DNA of 61,252 nt, filler included, from Porpidia crustulata (taxonomy: Eukaryota), in NCBI GenBank assembly GCA_964255105.1. It is 7 parts of 7 records of this genome, joined end to end, with 100 filler letters (N's around TTAATTAATTAA, not from the genome) between each part and the next. Parts side by side here need not be neighbours in the genome. Positions count along the whole stretch, not along the records: positions 1 to 8,679 come from CAXUWE010001071.1; positions 8,780 to 17,450 come from CAXUWE010001072.1; 5 more parts are not named here. One strand, written 5' to 3'. The notes under the pieces are model-generated. The model was not told the DNA's origin, did not search any database, and worked only from the letters and a program-made list of their open reading frames with translations. The position numbers and the translations under genes were made by a program. Shown in pieces: positions 1 to 12,289 of this stretch; position 1 is the stretch's first letter; each line of letters starts with the position of its first letter.

Positions 1-3000
1 TTTCGCCCCTTCAACCCCTTCAACCTCTCATCCAACTTCACAAACGGCTCCTCGCGCTCCCCCTTCCTGACCATCCACCTACCCGTGCCCAACCGGGCGT
101 CCAGCTCTTCCACGGGCGGCAGCTTCAAATAGACCCAGCCGTCGGCGCGGGCCTCGACGGGGAAAACGGCGATGTTGACGGTTTCGTCATTGGAGCAGCG
201 GCCGGCGTCAGCGCCGTTGAGGGTGAAGTTGCGCTTGTGGAAGGGGCACGAGACCCAGAGTTTGCCCGTGGGCGCGTCGTCGCCGATGATGCCTTCGCTG
301 AGGGCGAAGGTGCGCTTGTGCGGGCACATTTGCTGCGTCGCGTACCATTTGCCGCGGATCTTGAACACGGCCAGCTGCGTGTCGCCGCGTTTGACGTTTT
401 GGCTCGTGCCGCTGGGGGTGGAGCCGTCGTCGGCGAATTTGGAGGCTTCGATGATGGGTTGCCATGATAGTGAGGTCCACTGCGTGCCACGGAAGTCGTC
501 GGTCGCCATGGTCGTCGGCCAGTACGCTGGACGTTCCTGGTCGCGCTCGATGACCTTTTCCGTGGTTTCTTGGCTCTCGTCCGTGTTGCCGAATTGAGAA
601 AACGCCGCTCTCCGTACGGGGTCATTGATCACTTCGGTCCACTCGCAGAAGAAGGTACCAATGAGTTCAGTCATTTGCTTTTCGAGCTCGGCGCATATGC
701 CTAGTTTGTCTTCGAGGACGACTTCGCGGAGATATTTAATGCCACCAGGGAGTTGTTCAATCCATCGTGCGGTGCGCTGCAGTTTATCAGCAGTGCGAAT
801 GTAGAACATGAGGTAGCGGTCAAGGATTGGGACAACGTCGTCGGGTGGGACGTCTTTTGCGAGTAGTTCCGAGTGACGAGGGTTGGCGCCGCCGTTGCCA
901 CCAACGAAGATGTTGAACCCTTTCTCGGAGGCGATCAGGCCAAAGTCTTTGTTTTGGGCTTCAGCACATTCACGGACGCAGCCAGATACGCCGCCTTTCA
1001 GTTTATGGGGTGAGCGGATGGATTTATAGCGTTCTTCAAGACGGACGGCCATGCCGACACTGTCCCCTATGCCAAAGCGACACCAGGTGGTGCCGACGCA
1101 AGATTTCACGGTTCGCAGTGATTTGGCATATGCATGTCCTGACTCCATGCCTCCATTGACCAAGGCAGTCCAGATGTCAACAAGATCCTGCTTCTTGGCA
1201 CCAAACATGTCGATCCGTTGACCTCCGGTCACTTTACAATAGAGACCGTACTTCTTAGCTACTGTGCCAATGACGATCAGCTTATCCGCAGTGATTTCCC
1301 CGCCGGACATTCTAGGGACGACCGAGAAGGTACCATTTCGTTGGATGTTGGCGAGGAACTTGTCATTGGTCTCCTGAAGCCCGTGCAGAGGCTTGTCCAT
1401 GACATGCTTATTGTAGAGCGACGCAAGGATCGATCCAATAGTTGGTTTGCACGCTTCACAGCCCAGAGAGTCTGCTGTCTTGCCGCACTGCTTCATGACC
1501 TCCGTAAACGTCTGCAACTTCTTGATGTAGATGATGTTGAAAAGATCCGCTCGAGAATACGCAAAGTGCGGACACAGGTGGTTGAGTACTTCGGATCCCA
1601 TTGCCTTCATCTCCGTGTTGAAGATTGTCTGTACCAAAGGCATACATCCACCGCAGCCTGTGCCAGCTTTTGTACACGACTTGACATCTCCGATACTCTT
1701 ACAGGAACCGTCCTTGATCACCTTTGCAACGTCTCCTTTGGTAACGTTGTGACATGAACAGATCTGTGTATCGTCCTCTAGATCATTGACATCATCATCC
1801 CCTTCTTTACTGGCACCCAGGATGAACTGGCTTGGCGGTACATCAAGTTCCTTGTGATTCTTGATCATTGGCACGAGCTTGACATAGTCTTTCGTGTCTC
1901 CAATCATCATCCCTCCCAGGAGGTATTTGCCATCTAAAGTAAAAATGTACTTCTTGTAGATTGCCTGGAATGGGTCCTTGTAAGTCAGCGATTTCACAGG
2001 TGGCGGTGGTGGGCCATCAGTGAGACTCTTCATCTTCTGTTCCGCTCCGTTGGACAGCTCCTTTTTGGCACCGTGCCTCTTTATTGGTAGATCTTTTGGC
2101 CCATCCCTATCAGCAAAGAAATCCCCGAAACTAGCAACCTCCACGCCTAACAGCTTGAGTTTGGTACTCAGATCCGGTCTTTTGAATTTTCTCGGCGCGT
2201 GGACCTTGGCTTGGGTTAAGTTGAAGGCCAATACCTCCGCCATCTCAATTCCAGGGCCGATCAGCCCGAACGTCTGACTCTCCCAACTTGCGCATTCTCC
2301 AATGGCATAAATGTCTTTCTCGCTCGTCATGAGATTTGGATCTATCACAATACCCCCACCTCGATCAGCACACTTTATTCCACATCTTCTGGCTAATTCG
2401 TCGCGAGCCTTGATGCCAATGGCAAACATAAGACACGAGCATTCCATACGTTCTCCGTCCTCGAATACTACTCCTTTGACAGCATTGTCTTCGTTGACTT
2501 CGATCCTTCCCACACGTTTGCTCAGGAGCACGTCTAATCCTAGTTTCTGCACAAGATCCACCACCATACCGCCAGCGTCCGCGTCGAGCTGTCTGCTGAG
2601 AACCCATCGATTCCGCTCGATCAATTTCACATGATCAAAACTCTCAAGATCCATCATGGCTTTCGCTGCTTCGAGTCCAAGTAATCCTCCACCAACTACT
2701 GCGCCTGTAGTGTTCTTGACTGTTTCGGAGAAGGAAATTAATTTCTCAAGGTCTTCGATGGTGCGGTAGACAAAGACGCCTTTCGCATCATGGCCAGGTG
2801 TATGTCGAGGTAGGAGTGCATCGGATCCTGTTGCTAGGACAAGGATATCGTATGGAACAGTCTCGCCTGTGGAAGTCGACACTACCTTTTGGGATTTGTC
2901 GATAGTAGTTACCATGGTATTGAGGTGGTAGTTGAGGGAACCCTCTGGCACCCCAGCGTACTTTAAATCGCCATTTGTCAGTCCTCTTCCCTTGATGAAA

Positions 3001-3399
3001 ATAAGAATGATGTCTGACACGTACCCACTCCCTCGGATTCAGGTATAAGTTCTCGACCTTGCGATGTTGGAAAAAGCTGGTCAAGCCCACTCGGTTGTAC
3101 GCAAGATGCGCTTCCTCTCCAATGACGACGATATCATACTCTCTTCTTTTCGCGTCCATCTTCAATAGCTTTTCTCTGCAGACATGTAAAATCAGCTTTT
3201 GGTTTCATATCACCCAAAGCCAACGGGTGCCGCCAAACTCTTACATGAATGCAATCCCCACCATACCCAAGCCAACGACGACAATCTTTGTCCTCTGTCC
3301 CTTGGGCCTTGGATACTGCGCGCCATCCTCCTCGGGGTGGTGGCCGTTGACAGGCACTCGGCCAGCCTGCATGCCAGGAGAAGAGTCGGCCCACGACAT
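1..3399 (-). CDS. niiA: NAD(P)H-dependent assimilatory nitrite reductase, 3'-partial (runs off the window start); at least 2 introns near the 5' end
   Basis: ATG at 3399 gives MSWADSS...[11 protein letters not shown] (FAD-binding GxGxxG), then [19 protein letters not shown]. Later come a BFD-like [17 protein letters not shown], siroheme/4Fe-4S motifs [13 protein letters not shown] and [13 protein letters not shown], and a C-terminal Rieske-like CPHK...SCPFHK. The frame is still open at base 1. Confidence 0.97.
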
Positions 3400-4854
3400 G
3401 ACCAGCTTGGCTTCAGTACTTCCCTTGATCCTCTCAGTCCGAAGAGAGTGAAATTGAAGTTGACACTACTAGCACTGAGTGTCGAGTGCAAGAGACAATA
3501 GCCGCAGAGTGCTCAATGACGCTGACTACTAGCAACATGCACTTCCAAGTGCTGCCACTCTGAAAAGTAACATGAGTCTAATCTGGAACGGGTAAGTAGG
3601 GTAAGTAGGAAAAACAATAGTCGAAAGTCCTCAGCCATAGCCACGGCGTTGAAGCCGCGGGGAAAGCCATGCGGCGGAGAAGCATGACTCTAAGGGGTGC
3701 ATGATGAACACCTGAATCAAGATCGAGATGGACTTGGCATCTTGTAAGCTAGAGCACGGTACTGAGTGTAGGATTGTGGCTACTTCTTATTACTATTCGC
3801 CAGAATGACCAGAGGAACGAGACGTTAGGGAGATGGAGCAGAGACTACCGAGAGTGGGTATGGAAAGGAAGTAGATTGACAATTTGCTTTTTCCTCGGGC
3901 CTTCATTTCTGATGCAGTCAGACGAGACATGATAAGCATAAGAAGAGATAAGAGATGTCGTTCCGATAAGCTGCTCATAGTGCCCCCCTACCGCCCGTAC
4001 CAGACAGAACAAGATGGACTAAACCCATTTAGTCCAGTCCACCATTTTGTCCAGTCCCGATGAAGTTACTCCTTTTTCGCCAAGCAAATTCAATTGCAAC
4101 TAAAGTCATTGATATTGTCGTTCATCAACACGCCTCTATGGGAACACACACAGTACTAACCTGTTCCTGGTTCCAACAGCGAGTCGGGTATGAGTGAGGC
4201 AGGCAAGGACAATCAATCGTGGAAATCATGCAGGTGAGCGTGGACAGAGAGAGTTACTACTCTTGATCCCACGTAAGGTACTGTTCTGTTTGATTAATAG
4301 CTTTTGCTTCTTCGCGATCTTACGCGTTCGGGCCTTTCCTTATCTATGTCCTAACGCTAATGTGTCTATCCACGATAAGCATCACCGTCGCCCTTCTGGG
4401 CCCGGGAGTGGCAGTCCCACCTCCCACCTCCCAACTGAGTAATAGTCGAGCGGGTGGCCTCTGGTCTTCCAAATCGATGAGTTCATCATCGAATCTCGCA
4501 AGCGTCCTGCATTGCATCCGTTCCTTGTCGCATGACTATTTCCGCGGTCGCCATTTCCTTGCCCTTCCTTTTTTTTCATTGGTCCAGAGTATCATCATTT
4601 CTATTCTCGTCGGCTTTTCTCCTCCTACCCTATACCATGACGAGCCGTATACCAACGGCGCTGCTGACGGTCCGAGAGTCACGGGCACGGTCTCTACATT
4701 GCCCGGATCTAGCGAATGATCAATAATCTCTTCAATTGTGAATGCTATGGCTGTGTCAAACCAGGCAACTGTTGCACAGCCCTGCTCTGAAGGAAAATAC
4801 TCTGGTTCAAAGAATCAATTTAATTGTTCATGTTCAATGTAAAGCTATCTCATC
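3400..4854. promoter_or_regulatory. Bidirectional niiA-niaD intergenic promoter with clustered GATA (AreA/NIT2-type) sites and near-consensus NirA/NIT4-type sites
   Basis: GATAAG at 3931, 3947, 3965 and 4374; CTTATC at 4339. One-mismatch versions of the NirA consensus CTCCGHGG at 3641-3648, 3655-3662, 3672-3679 (reverse strand) and 4540-4547 (TTCCGCGG). Same divergent layout as Aspergillus niiA/niaD. Confidence 0.7.
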
Positions 4855-7669
4855 ATGGAAGATCTATCGACACAGGACGCTCATTCGAAGCAAATACTGC
4901 AAAAACAAAACCGCTTACCACCTACTCCACCGCAAACTGAAGATGAAGTCTCCATATCCAGTTCCCCATCGGAAGACGTTGACCTCCCGCTACCACCGCC
5001 CACGACCATTCCAACCGATGTGCTCGAAATCGACAAGAAGACCCCAGATTCGCATGTACCGCGAGACCCAAGATTAATCAGACTAACTGGGATTCATCCT
5101 TTCAACGTCGAGCCACCGCTATCAGCATTATTCAACGAGGGATTTCTGACGAGTCCGGAACTGTTCTATGTTAGAAATCATGGCGCTGTGCCGGAAGTCC
5201 ATGACGAAGATATTCCAGACTGGGAATTCACGGTTGAAGGGTAAGGTTGATACAAGGAATTGAAATTACTGGTCTGACACTGAACGGACAGACTCGTTGG
5301 TAATCCGCTAACGCTGACACTCCGCCAACTCGTCTCCGACTATGAGCAAATCACTTGTCCGATCACGCTGGTCTGCGCTGGAAATCGGCGCAAGGAACAA
5401 AACCAAGTACGGAAGAGCAAAGGATTCTCATGGGGAGCTGCAGGTGTATCGACAGCGCTCTTCACAGGTGTTGTAATGTCGGATTTGATTAAGAAAGCGA
5501 GACCGCAACGAAAAGCAAGATTTGTGTGCATGGAGGGAGCGGATAAGTTGGTAAGCTTATACCTCGATCCTCAGCCACGCGCACTATATGGAGCCAGCTG
5601 ACTTATGTCGTCAAGCCGAATGGTTTCTATGGGACGTCAGTGAAGTTGAATTGGGTCATGGACCCTAATAAGGGCATGATGCTTGCGTATAAAATGAACG
5701 GCGAAATGCTAAGACCCGACCACGGGAAGCCGTTACGGGCCGTGATACCAGGGCAGATTGGTGGTCGAAGTGTGAAATGGCTGAAAAAGCTTATAGTCAC
5801 GGAAGCGCCAAGCGACAACTGGTACCACATCTACGATAATCGTGTGCTACCCACCATGGTTAGCCCCGAGGAGTCAGCAAATAATCCAAAATGGTGGCCT
5901 GACGACAGATATGCAATTTACGATTTGAGTGTCAACTCAGCGACTGCGTATCCCACACACGAAGAACAACTCTGTCTAGTCAATGGACCAGAGACGTATC
6001 GAACCACAGGCTATGCCTATAGCGGTGGTGGCCGAAGAATCACACGAGTCGAGCTGTCAATCGATAAAGGCAGAACATGGCGGTTAGCGGATATTGACTA
6101 TGCCGAAGATCGATATCGGGAAGTGGAGCAAAATATGTTTGGAGGGCGATTGGATATGTCATGGCGTGAAAGCTGCTTTTGTTGGTGTTTTTGGTCAATG
6201 GATATCCCGGTTTCGGAATTGGCGGGTGCGAAGGATTTACTCGTCCGGGCTATGGATGAGAGCATGAATGTGCAGCCGAGAGACATGTATTGGAGTGTTC
6301 TTGGAATGATGAATAACCCCTGGTTCCGGGTTACCATCAGTAAAGAGGGAGATTTTCTTAGGTTCGAGCATCCGACACAGCCAGCATTGATGCCTGGAGG
6401 CTGGATGGAACGGGTCAAAAAGGCCGGAGGAAACCTGGTCAACGGGTACTGGGGTGAAAAGATCGGGGGAGAAGATGCGGAGGAATTGGTAAAGGAGGAG
6501 GCCAAAGAGGTGTCAATGACGAAGGAGGGCCTGAAGAGCACCATTACGATTGATGAATTACGAAAGCACGATAACGAGACAGATCCATGGTTTGTCATTA
6601 ACGGCGAGGTATATGAGGGAACGGCGTTTCTGAAGGAGCACCCGGGAGGTGCACAGAGCATCATTAGTGCAGCCGGCCTTGACTCGAGCGACGAATTCAT
6701 GGCCATTCGTATGTTTCCCACCATCCAAATCTCGCCAAAGAAACTACCTCGTTCTAACACCCATTTCTAGACTCAGAAACTGCCAAAGCCATGATGCCAA
6801 GTCATCACCTTGGCACCCTTGACGCCGCCTCCAAGATTGTCCTGTCCGAAGGGGAACTCCACCCAGACCCCATCTCCTCCACGCCGCGCCCCACCTTCCT
6901 TCAACCCCGTTTCTGGACGAAGTCCCTCCTCCACTCCAAACGCGTCATCTCATCCGACACCCGTATCTTCACCTTCGCCCTCGAGTACCCCACCCAGACT
7001 CTCGGGCTACCTGTTGGTCAGCACCTCATGCTCCGCTTACGCGATCCCGTCACCCGCGATGCCATCATCCGTCCTTACACGCCCATCTCCGAAACCTCGA
7101 AGAATGGCTTTGTCGACGTTCTCGTGAAAGTCTATTTCGATACCCCTGATACCAAAGGTGGCCGCATGACCATGGCCATGGACTCTTTACCAATCGGCCA
7201 TTCAGTTGACTTCAAAGGCCCGATTGGCAAATTCGAATATCTCGGCGCTGGCCTCTGCGCCATCAATGGTGCTCACCGCCGCGTGTCCCGCTTTGCCATG
7301 ATTTGCGCCGGCAGCGGCATCACGCCCATTTTCCAAGTCTTTCGCGCCGTGATGTCCAATCCTTCGGATAAGACACTTTGCACTGTGCTCAACGGAAACC
7401 GTCTCGTCGAGGATATCTTGTGCAAAGAAGACCTCGATGCTCTGGTAAAGGGCAATGAAGATAGAGCGAAAGTGGTTTATACGCTAACCAAAGCGCCAGA
7501 GGGGTGGAAAGGTCTAAAGGGCAGGATTGGGGGTGAGTTAGTCAAAGGGCACTGTGCAAAGGCAGAAGGTACGATGATCCTGGTGTGTGGACCAGAGGCG
7601 ATGGAGAAAAGTGTTCGTGCCGTCCTGAAGCACGAGGGGTGGAAGGATGAAGATGTGTTATTCTTCTGA
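4855..7669 (+). CDS. niaD: Assimilatory nitrate reductase (Moco, cytochrome b5 and FAD/NAD(P)H domains); 3 introns (~5242-5291, ~5551-5615, ~6709-6770)
   Basis: RLTGIHPFNVEPPL, FYVRNHGAVP, LVCAGNRRKEQN (Moco Cys), PGQIGGRSVKWL, heme motif HPGG, RPYTP, MICAGSGITP, VCGP...; ends VLFF-TGA. Confidence 0.98.
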
Positions 7670-8121
7670 TGGGAGGATATGAGGGAATGTGTAAGCATAT
7701 GACGGGGAATTGGATATTTCCCCTTCTTTCCATGGGAGGGTACTTTGGGGGTCGGCATATATCAGGTTTTATGACAAAAGGCATATGAGCCAGATTGGAT
7801 GACGATGAAACCCCTTTTGGTATGGTCAACATTATCATCATTTGAAAAGCATGCCCCAAGGTTCGTGTTCACCTAAAGTGATTGACTGAATGGGAACTAG
7901 GTAGCGCTACAGGTGCCTCGGCAAACCGCGATACGTCTAGCAGCGTCTCCCTGTATTCTATCGTTTTCCTGCTGCTCGCTTAATGTAATATATGTAATAT
8001 AATCATAAACCCTGGAGCTCTGATTAATCCTTGCAATCGACGACGCCAATCGTCTGATTATAATACCTGATGGGCCTGCTACCGTTCCAGGCTCATCAAG
8101 ACCGACTGCTCACTTCGTGGT

Positions 8122-8679
8122 ATGCAATCGAAGCTTTCAACAATTCGCCCGCGGCTCATCCTCCGACTCCTCCAATCCTCCTCCCTGTCAATTTCCCTCT
8201 CTCGCAGATCTTATACAACAGCCGCCTTGCCCTTGTCCTACGCCCCTAATTCTTCAACGCAGCTCGATAAACCCCAAGCAAAGACAGACATCTCTACAGC
8301 AGTACCCCGACCCTCCTACAGCCAACCCTTACCACTCCAGCCTCACCACGACCTCCCATCCTTCGTCGCCCACGCCGCTCGGAATTCCCTCTCCCTCACC
8401 TCCACCGTCTACACAGGGACCTACTACGAATATCTCTGCCTCTCTGTCCTCCGCCGCCTATCCCTCGCCCTTGCACGTGTCGGCGGCCCTTCCGATCTCG
8501 GCATCGATCTCCTCGGCCACTGGTACCTTCCCTCCCTTCCCTCACCTCTCCAAGTCCTCGTCCAGTGCAAGGCCTTGAAGTCCAGCGCGCGTCCAGAATC
8601 AATTCGAGAGCTCCAAGGTGCTATCGTCGGTGCCCCTGCGGCGTGGCAGACGGGGCACGGGAACGGGGGAGCGGTGGTG
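8122..8679 (+). CDS. RRG7: Rrg7/DUF2034-family mitochondrial protein with restriction-endonuclease-like fold; truncated by the linker
   Basis: Arg/Ser/Leu-rich presequence-like N-terminus, then STVYTGTYYEY...RVGGPSDLGIDLLGHW...VLVQCKA...IRELQGA, typical of DUF2034. Confidence 0.82.
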
Positions 8680-8779
8680 NNNNNNNNNNNNNNNNNNNNN
8701 NNNNNNNNNNNNNNNNNNNNNNNTTAATTAATTAANNNNNNNNNNNNNNNNNNNNNNNNNNNNNNNNNNNNNNNNNNNN
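8680..8779. other. Artificial contig linker N44-TTAATTAATTAA-N44
   Basis: Identical 100-nt spacer occurs six times; the core places stop codons in all six frames. Confidence 0.98.
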
Positions 8780-9170
8780 CTACAGACCAACCCCCGAACG
8801 ATATCTCGCCGACCCCCCAATACCGAAGGGCACTCCCTATCAAAATTCAATTATGCGTTTGTCGATAAAGTAATCATCAGTCGTCCCTCGTTGCGGCCAT
8901 AAGCTATGGCACGAGAAGGAGGGTGCGCGTCGGCTCAGCATTGGCTCGTGGTCGGCGAAATTCATTCTGGGAAGAAGATCGCCGCAGTTAGATAAGTCAT
9001 CGCTGGTCGTATGGAACCTACGGATCCAACCCAAAAAAATGAAGTTCAGTCACGTGATGAAACATGCTTGGCAGCAAACGACAGTCAATCAGCCTCAGTA
9101 AGGTAGTCACCGTATTACATAGATCCTTTATCAAAAGATGGATTCCCGTCGGTGAGAAGTGCTTCGCAAG

Positions 9171-11548
9171 ATGTATACAACTTTCGCTACGGGTACTTCT
9201 TCTGCTCATGACAAAAAATCCAGATCGAGCAAACAGCCTGCCTCAAAGGGACAGACTGCGCAGAATGATCGAGGCCGGAGCGGCAGCGCATCTCCACCGC
9301 AACAAACAACACGGCCGAAACGTAGCCAGGTCTCTCGAGCCTGTGACTGGTGCCGCCTCAATCGCATCAAATGCGACAATAACCAGCCATGCTACAATTG
9401 TGAGAGTCGAGGCGGTCAGTGTTCCAGTACTGGGAGGAACGAAGTCCGATCTCTCCTCAATGCCACTAAGTAAGTTCGCCGACTCATGTTGTACGACAGA
9501 TAGTCTGCGCAAAGCTAAGAGACCACAGTGAGATTGAAAGATTGAAAGGCCGCGTTGAGGAACTGGAGGAGCAGCTTAAGAGTCGGGATAATGTTTTATG
9601 GCTACCCATTCCCCCTCCCTCTTCCGCCACGTCGTCACCTGAAAGCCTGGACCCCATGGAGGAGCACAAAGGGAGCCAGAGGCATTTAGAAGGTACTTGG
9701 ACAACTAGCTTACCGGGTCATCAGACCCAGCTTTACGGCCCATTCTCATCCTTCTACTTCCTTACCAGACTAGACTCTCATATCGGCCTTACCCTCCAAT
9801 TGCCTCATCTTGACTCCCATTTACAACCAAACGCAGCAAGCAAGTTCTTCGCCAGCCCCACAAGCCCGCGAAAAGATAGTTTAGAAAATCGTTCTATACC
9901 GTCAGACAGCCTAATGACCGGTGAAATCCTTTCTTGGGCTCAAGAAGATTACTTCCTCGGACTCTTTTGGCAAAGTTATCATGCGACTATCCCAATCATT
10001 GATGAGCACGAGTTCAGAGAGCACTACGAATCACTACGGGTAATGTCATCTCCTTCCGGCAGAGCGTCTCGTAAGCCATCACCTCTCGTCGACATCATTC
10101 TTGCTCTGTGTATCCAATATGGTATGGCATTTGTCCCCCGGAATGACGCAAATAGAGGATGCAAGACAGAGGTCGACAGCAACGATTCGAGTATTGCAGG
10201 ACGCGGATTCTATCGCAGATGTCAGACGCTACTATCCTACGAGGCGGAAACGCCTTCCATTCTAACCTTGCAATGCCATATTTTTTCTGCAATTTATCTG
10301 CGAGACGCTTCATTTCTGAACATGGCTCATACTTCCTTGGCCGTGGCAATTCGAATAGCTCATATCCTCGGCCTTCACCAAGAACCTGCGGAGCATCTTC
10401 CACGGGCCGAGAAGGAACTTCGTAAGCGCTTGTGGTGGACAGTGTATGCGTTGGAAAGTAAAGCTTGTATGGCGCTCGGGCGTCCTTGGCTAGCTCAGGT
10501 ATCCCAGGTAAATTGCACCTTACCAGTCGACGACCAAGAGCTAGCACTGCTGTCTGGCCCAAACTTTGCATCTTCCAGCCAAGATATCACATGGCTTAGC
10601 TACCACGTTCACTATGTAAAACTGGTCCTAGCTGCCCGTGCGGTTCAAGTCGCATTCGAAAGCAAATGTATACAAGTGCTGGGTGCAAATGATGGGAAAA
10701 GCATTTATAAAAATCCCGAAGCTCTAGAAACCCTTGCTGGCTTTCTTTCGCAGAGCCTTCAATGCATTCGGACTTGGGCTCAGAATGTTCCGGACGCTAT
10801 GAAGACAGAAAGAAGAGGAGGCGGCAAGCCTTTCTCCACAGACAGATCGGCGTTGGAGGTGGACCCAGTCGCTCCTCAATGGCTTCAACGGCAGCGGCTC
10901 TTGTTGGAGCTGTTGTACCATAATGTCGTCATGTACCTTTACCGACCTTTCATTTGCTTTTCTACTCCCGTAGGCTCATCCATCCCACTGGCCGACGGCA
11001 ACAGTATCTCATGCTTGAATCATGCCATCGCCAATACCAGTATAATCCTCCAGATGTTAACGACCACGGATATACTTAACGGCTGGCATGAAGCATACCA
11101 ATTCCAATGGAACGCCACCCTCTCCATGATCGGGTTTATGTTTGCCTACCCCGTCTGCCCTCCTACTCCTTCGGCACGCAAAACCATCAACAGCGCCATA
11201 GCTGTCTTTGAAATCTTTTGCAACAATTTCGCCGTCGCTGCCAGCGCTACTCATATGACGCGTGACCTGGCGGCAAAGGTAGACTTTTTCATCGATCGCT
11301 TCCGGACAAGCCTAACTTCGTCGGAGCAGCCGCCGGTCCTGCCTCTGGTGGTCTCGAGCAATCTGGATAGTATCATCAACGATAGCAATATCAGCCCGAA
11401 TATAGTACCCCAGTTGGACATGGAGGATGCTACTACAATGATCCAGAATGTAGTTTCGGGTACTATGGGAATGGGTGTTCCGATTGACTCTTTCAGTGGC
11501 TTCGAGTGGCTCTTGTCGGAGGATGACGTTTTGACCGCTGACCTTTGA
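9171..11548 (+). CDS. Zn(II)2Cys6 transcription factor with fungal-specific TF (middle homology) domain; one intron ~9470-9529
   Basis: [29 protein letters not shown] binuclear cluster, coiled coil [15 protein letters not shown], then [12 protein letters not shown]...[14 protein letters not shown]...LGRP. Confidence 0.95.
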
Positions 11549-12289
11549 TCGCAGTTCGTTCAGAGAACTGAGTCCAGTACTGCCGACTCTACATGAAGAG
11601 TTGTGGATTTCATCACTCATCGGCGACAGGGAGAGACTGTGAAGACTGTGGTACATGGATATTCTGTCCTTTATTAAACTTGGGCGACTCTGAAGTACGC
11701 CTGATTTCCTCTGCATATGAGAAAAATCGGAAAGTAGATGATCTCGTTTCGACCGAACAACCTTGAAGTTTTAGTACGCTAAATAGACGGCGTTTAAGTG
11801 ACATACAAGAGATCCAGACGAGGCAGGTATGACGGCCTAATCTTTATGAAACATGAATTGAACGACACCCTTTACGAAGCATGTGGAACTGTGCTGACTT
11901 GATGTCATGTATCACAGTACTGTAAGAAATTCGGAATTGTATCATGCAAGCTCACTGATTCAAATGAAGCAAACTGAAGACACACAAGAAGACGTCGAGA
12001 CTTTCTTGATCGAAACCACAGCTTTATGCTTACTAGCGGCTGAGTAGAGACAGATAAACAGACCTTTCATCCATATCAAGGTCTGCCGGCAGTGCTTTTG
12101 CATAGCTTTCTGAACCTTAGACCTCTGCATTACTGTCGTCATACTTTTCAAGGCGTCGGGGCGAATATCGAAAACAAAGTGCTCCCCTTTACTTTAGCAA
12201 AACACCCTATCTCACACTCTTGTACGACTTTTCAAATTAATGATTGCTATCGGTAAAATCATGCAGTATCTATTGCTACAGATCGATTA

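Noticed and set aside
6098..6760. Long antisense or alternate-frame ORFs (e.g. 125-625, 6098-6760, 17990-18526, 37353-37823, 41270-41821, 46466-46999)
   Set aside because: They are shadows of well-supported genes on the other strand or frame and have no independent motifs.
8724..8735. Periodic TTAATTAATTAA every ~8.76 kb as a biological repeat or CRISPR-like array
   Set aside because: It is always embedded in exactly 44+44 N and acts as a six-frame stop linker; the periodicity reflects size-sorted contigs.
9171..11548. Zn2Cys6 gene as the NirA-type regulator of the adjacent nitrate cluster
   Set aside because: It lies across an artificial linker on a different contig, and I recognise no NirA-specific sequence in it.
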